Shown: piece by piece, positions 59,798 to 64,000 of the stretch
How the letters are laid out: each line of letters begins with the position of its first letter
Position numbering within the stretch: the first letter of the stretch is position 1
Assembly: GCA_048937405.1 (NCBI GenBank)
Contig: JBHLNF010000004.1
Location: forward strand, 128,001-192,000
Direction of reading: 5' to 3'
DNA: 64,000 nucleotides
Source: Promethearchaeota archaeon
GTDB lineage: Archaea; Asgardarchaeota; Lokiarchaeia; Sigyniarchaeales; SOKP01
Notes under the pieces: generated by a model
Told to the model about the DNA's origin: nothing
Databases searched by the model: none
The model's input: only the letters and a program-made list of their open reading frames with translations
Translations under genes and position numbers: made by a program

Positions 59798-61048
59798 TTA
59801 TTCTAAATTATTATCATCCTGATTGGTGGAGGAATAAATATAAATGCCATCAGTCTTGATATCCTCTGCAATATTCCCTATAATAATATTATAGTTAGCT
59901 TGTGAATTTAAATAAATTCCATAACCATCTCCAATAGGATAAATCTGCTGTATCAAGTTTCCATATATAGTATTATTATTAGTATTTAAATAAATCCCAT
60001 AAGCATCAGAAATATCAGAATAAATGTTAATGATCTTATTACCACTAATCACACTAAAATTTCCAGTAAATATAAAAATCCCATATGTTTCTGATAAATT
60101 AGAATAAATGTTAGTAATTGTATTGCTATTTATAGTATTGAATTCAGAATTATAGCTCATAATCCCATAGCTTCCATTATATCCAAAAATATCATGAATA
60201 ATATTATTACTTAGCGTATTGTTATTTGCATAAGCCAATCCAATTCCTTCAACTAAATCAGAAATAGAATAAAGACCATCAATTATATTATCACTTAACG
60301 TATTAAAATTTGATAAGTACAAATGAATCGCTAATTGGGGGCCTACTCCAATCTGATTTTTGATGATATTTCCATTTAGCGTATTAAAATTGGTATGACT
60401 CAATGTAATACCAGCATAATACATTGATACTATCAAATTATCAAGAATGTGACAAGAATCACTATTTTCTCTTAAAGAAATCCCTATATTCAAATCAGAA
60501 AGGTAACAGTTTTGTATCCAGACATTAGAAGAATTAACTTTAATTCCAAAACCTATCTCTGCACCATTAATCTGAATATTTTTAATATAGACAGGATTAT
60601 CTTTTATATCAGCAATATATATTGCATAATCTAAATCAGATAAAAAATCAGTTGTATCTATTTTTAGATCTTGAATAGTGCACGTTTCAACATTTGTTAT
60701 TCTGAATGCTGTTCTATTACCACCACAATCGACCGTAATGGAACCATTCCCTTGAATAGTGTAAGCACCTCCTTGATCAATATCGATTGTAGCGTTAATA
60801 GTAATATCTTCAGTTATTACAATTATACCTGAGCCAGAACTAATTAAATTAATAGCATTTTGTACTTCTGCACTTGTATTACAATAATAACCAGGAGCAT
60901 CTTCACCATCTAATCCGTCTTGCCCAGGAGGACCTTGATTACCATCTCCAAATAAATCACTAATAAACATAAATGATCCTAGACCAAGTCCCGCTGTTCC
61001 AATAATAATTCCAATAATTCCTATTAATAAACCTTTGTTTTCACCCAT
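59798..61048 (-). CDS. Membrane-anchored right-handed beta-helix (NosD/CASH-like) protein with a short collagen-like stalk
   Basis: N-terminal TM, GNQGPPGQDGLDGED and repeated GIxLxxxNxNTIxxNxI. Confidence 0.85.
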   Translation of the reverse strand: MGENKGLLIGIIGIIIGTAGLGLGSFMFISDLFGDGNQGPPGQDGLDGEDAPGYYCNTSAEVQNAINLISSGSGIIVITEDITINATIDIDQGGAYTIQGNGSITVDCGGNRTAFRITNVETCTIQDLKIDTTDFLSDLDYAIYIADIKDNPVYIKNIQINGAEIGFGIKVNSSNVWIQNCYLSDLNIGISLRENSDSCHILDNLIVSMYYAGITLSHTNFNTLNGNIIKNQIGVGPQLAIHLYLSNFNTLSDNIIDGLYSISDLVEGIGLAYANNNTLSNNIIHDIFGYNGSYGIMSYNSEFNTINSNTITNIYSNLSETYGIFIFTGNFSVISGNKIINIYSDISDAYGIYLNTNNNTIYGNLIQQIYPIGDGYGIYLNSQANYNIIIGNIAEDIKTDGIYIYSSTNQDDNNLE

Positions 61049-61530
61049 AAATTCATACCTTTATTTAGTAAATTAAAGTAATTATGATTTAGAAGACTCT
61101 ATAATATATAAACATAATAAGAAAATAACTTACATATTTGCAATAGACTTAAATATGTTTTTTTTTAATTTTCTTTAATCATGAGAGAGAGTGTATTCTT
61201 ATATTCAAGTAAATATTAGAAAATAGGTTATAGTTTAGAAAAAATCATATTTTTAGATAGATAGAAATATTAATCTTTTTTAGCAGTTTTCTGCAAATTT
61301 AATTCTTTAATGGAATGAGAGTTATAGAATTAAATTAACTTTTTTTATTAAAAAAAAAGGTTTTTTTATTACTTTTCATATTCGTATAATTCGAAAATAT
61401 GATTCATATCGTTAAGCTTAAATAGCTGTTTACAATAAAATGGTTTAATTAGATAAATAATTAAACAAATAAACATTTATTTTTTTTAACCGTTACCACA
61501 GAAAAATTACTTTACTGGGAAAAACTTATT

Positions 61531-63165
61531 ATGCTTTCAGACGATTACTTATTTTCTGATATTGGAATTGATTCAATTGGTTTTTACGCGCCTAGACATT
61601 ATGTAGCTTTAAAAGACCTAGCATTAAAAAGGAGTGTAGACCCTGAAAAATATGCGAAAGGACTTCTATCAAAAGAGATGCGAGTTGCTGAAGTTGATGA
61701 GGACATTATTTCTTTAGGATTAAAGGCGGGATATAATGCTATATTAAGAGGGGGTATTTCACCAAAGAGTATAGATGCATTATTTGTGGGTACAGAAACA
61801 GAAGTATATGCAGCAAAATCAATTTCAAATATTTTTGCGGAGATGTTAGAAATCTCACCAAATGCGTTAACCCAAGATGTTTACAATGCATGTGCAGGTG
61901 GGACTTTAGCAATTCTTAATGCTATTGCGATGATTGAAAAGGAAATCATCAATAAAGCTCTTGTTATTAGTGCCGACATTTCCTCATATAATTTAGGATC
62001 TCCTGGAGAACCTACTCAAGGTTCGGGAGCAGTGGGACTTGTTATTTCAAAAGATCCCCGCATTGCTACTTTCTCTAAACGATTTGGAAAAGTATCCGGT
62101 AATGTTAACGACTTCTTTAGACCTCCAAATGACAAAAATGCAAGAGCATTTGGAAGTTATTCTCAAGAAACCTATATTGATTTTCAATTAAAAGCGTATG
62201 ATAACCTACTTGAAAATGCAGGAGATTTTCATGCTGATTTTTATACATTTCACGCTCCTTTTTCAAAATTGCCATTAAAAATAATGCAACAAATCATATT
62301 AAAGCGATGGATAAAGCATATAAGTGATTTACCTAAATTTGAAAAAAATAGATTTAGATCCTCCATTCTTAAAAAATTGGATTCATTCTTACATGATGTT
62401 ACCGTATTACCAGAATATCTTTATCTAAAATTAAATGAAAGAGGATTTTCCTCAGCAACACTAGAACGTCTTTCAAATTGGGTGAATACAAATATAAAAG
62501 CAAGAGTTCTTCCTCAATTAAGAGTACCAATGCATTTCGGCAATATGTATAATGCCAGTATCTGGGCACAGATTATTTTACTTCTTGAGAATTATGCTCA
62601 TGCTGGTGATACATTTTATTTTGGATCTTATGGTTCAGGTGCAACTTGTATTTCTGGACTTTTAAAAGTTAAAGAGAGTTTTAATGAAATAGTTCAAAAT
62701 GGACCTTTTATAAATGATTTTATTCATTTGAAGAAAAAGAAATCTGTATTAGAGTATGAGTTAGCAAAAAACGGTGATGTAAAACCGATAGTTTTATTAG
62801 GTCGTATTAGAGAGCATGAACAAAACAATGATAGAGGTTTTACCTTACATTTTTGTGATGAGGGATGTATCATACCAAACATAAAGGGATTAGATCATTG
62901 TCCTAAAGGTCACTCTGGATATCATGAACGATTCTTCCCTCTTTTTGCTAAATTGGCATCTGAACCTGTTGCTCATAATAACATTACTGATTTGAGGTAT
63001 CTGAATAAAGGATTAGTAAGAGTGGCAAACAATGTAAGTAAGGGGAATTCTTTAGAATATGAAATTAGGAGAGTTGAACTGGAATATGAGGAAAATCTCA
63101 ATGCAAAAGGTCTTTTAAACTGGACGCCTTTCTATATTAATCTCCCAAATCACCACGTTTATTGA
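61531..63165 (+). CDS. mvaS: Hydroxymethylglutaryl-CoA synthase with a C-terminal DUF35-like extension
   Basis: EDII, VGTET, YNACAGGT, GEPTQGSGAV, DFFRP, FHAPF.K, GNMYNAS and SYGSG. Confidence 0.9.
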   Translation: MLSDDYLFSDIGIDSIGFYAPRHYVALKDLALKRSVDPEKYAKGLLSKEMRVAEVDEDIISLGLKAGYNAILRGGISPKSIDALFVGTETEVYAAKSISNIFAEMLEISPNALTQDVYNACAGGTLAILNAIAMIEKEIINKALVISADISSYNLGSPGEPTQGSGAVGLVISKDPRIATFSKRFGKVSGNVNDFFRPPNDKNARAFGSYSQETYIDFQLKAYDNLLENAGDFHADFYTFHAPFSKLPLKIMQQIILKRWIKHISDLPKFEKNRFRSSILKKLDSFLHDVTVLPEYLYLKLNERGFSSATLERLSNWVNTNIKARVLPQLRVPMHFGNMYNASIWAQIILLLENYAHAGDTFYFGSYGSGATCISGLLKVKESFNEIVQNGPFINDFIHLKKKKSVLEYELAKNGDVKPIVLLGRIREHEQNNDRGFTLHFCDEGCIIPNIKGLDHCPKGHSGYHERFFPLFAKLASEPVAHNNITDLRYLNKGLVRVANNVSKGNSLEYEIRRVELEYEENLNAKGLLNWTPFYINLPNHHVY

Positions 63166-63347
63166 TTTTTTAAATTAAAAGTGAATTTTCATTTAAAAAC
63201 TTAGAATTCTCCTAAAAATTGTTTTATAAAAATCGCATACTAACTTCTATACTTAAAATAACTAAAAACTAAGAAAATAAAATAGAATATGGATAAACTT
63301 TTTAATTTTTATAAAAATGAATAAAATAATTCAAACAATTAAAAATC

Positions 63348-64000
63348 ATGATGGAAAAACCAATATCATATGCTCTAGAGAGCAAATTAAAAGAAGATTA
63401 CAATGAAATTTTACAATATTTGTTAGATAAGGATTATATTATACAAAATCTTCCTTCTGATTTATCTGCTAAGAAAAATCAAGGTGAAACCTATACTTTA
63501 GCATATCCAATTCAAGGCATATTAAAATATCATGGAATCGCAAATGAAGAACACCGAATTTCTTATTTTCCAAGTATTTCTTTAAATAATGATTGTTCAT
63601 ATACAATTACGTATTTAAAATTTGATGAAAATTTAAAAGAGGATCTAGCTTTTATAAATGGAAAACCAACTTTTGGGGAAGTTCTTGAAAGAATTAAATT
63701 CTCTTTAAGTGCAATTCGTAGATATTCTAAAATAAAGACTAAAGCAATTCTAATATCTCGAAACTTTCTAAATACCAGTAAAGAAGGTCCAATGGGTAAA
63801 GGACTTGGAACTTCAGCTTCAGGTTCATCTGCCTTAGCTTTAGCAGCTATATCTGTCTTATACAATAATGATCCCCTTTTTTTAAAAAACAAACGATTAT
63901 TAAGTATTTATTCTCGTTATTTATCAGGTTCTGGTTGTCGTAGTGCTTCGGGAGGATTTGCTTTATGGTTGAGTTATCCTGACATTAATTCACTCGATAG
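63348..64000 (+). CDS. mvaD: (Di)phosphomevalonate decarboxylase family GHMP enzyme; runs off the window end
   Basis: Not in the ORF track. Manual translation gives AYPIQGILKYHG, PSISL, KGLGTSASG and SRYLSGSGCRSASGGF. Confidence 0.88.
   Translation, partial: MMEKPISYALESKLKEDYNEILQYLLDKDYIIQNLPSDLSAKKNQGETYTLAYPIQGILKYHGIANEEHRISYFPSISLNNDCSYTITYLKFDENLKEDLAFINGKPTFGEVLERIKFSLSAIRRYSKIKTKAILISRNFLNTSKEGPMGKGLGTSASGSSALALAAISVLYNNDPLFLKNKRLLSIYSRYLSGSGCRSASGGFALWLSYPDINSLD

Noticed and set aside
63563-63892. 109-aa minus-strand ORF
   Set aside because: Antisense to the mevalonate decarboxylase, which the track missed because it lacks a stop within the window.

Overview
AT-rich, gene-dense chromosomal window from an Asgard archaeon, most likely Lokiarchaeia. 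The assignment rests on an actin-related protein, a gelsolin-domain protein, two roadblock proteins, Rab-like and Rag-like small GTPases, longin-like proteins and intron-containing archaeal tRNAs. No CRISPR array, transposase or integrase was seen. The main finding is in uppS (cis-prenyltransferase, 58615-59382, minus strand). It is split inside its catalytic D-G-N-R-R-W motif by a 30-nt insertion (59274-59303) that carries an in-frame UAG and folds into a bulge-helix-bulge (BHB) structure. Cutting at the standard BHB positions restores DGNRRW exactly, which points to a tRNA-type intron in an mRNA. Two tRNAs in the window carry three similar 30-33 nt introns, and all four inferred 5' splice sites follow UA. 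The second highlight is a single-pass receptor-like protein (beta-propeller, FN3-like modules, beta-helix, TM, cytoplasmic TIR) with Toll-like topology. Also notable are an actin-related gene paired with a pseudo-CHAT solenoid gene, a CDC48-N-like/polyproline/vWA protein, a His-Asp 51-bp tandem repeat in a flotillin partner, an HMG-CoA synthase with a DUF35-like tail, and a decayed yhhN duplicate. All domain calls come from motif recognition by eye; no database search was run.
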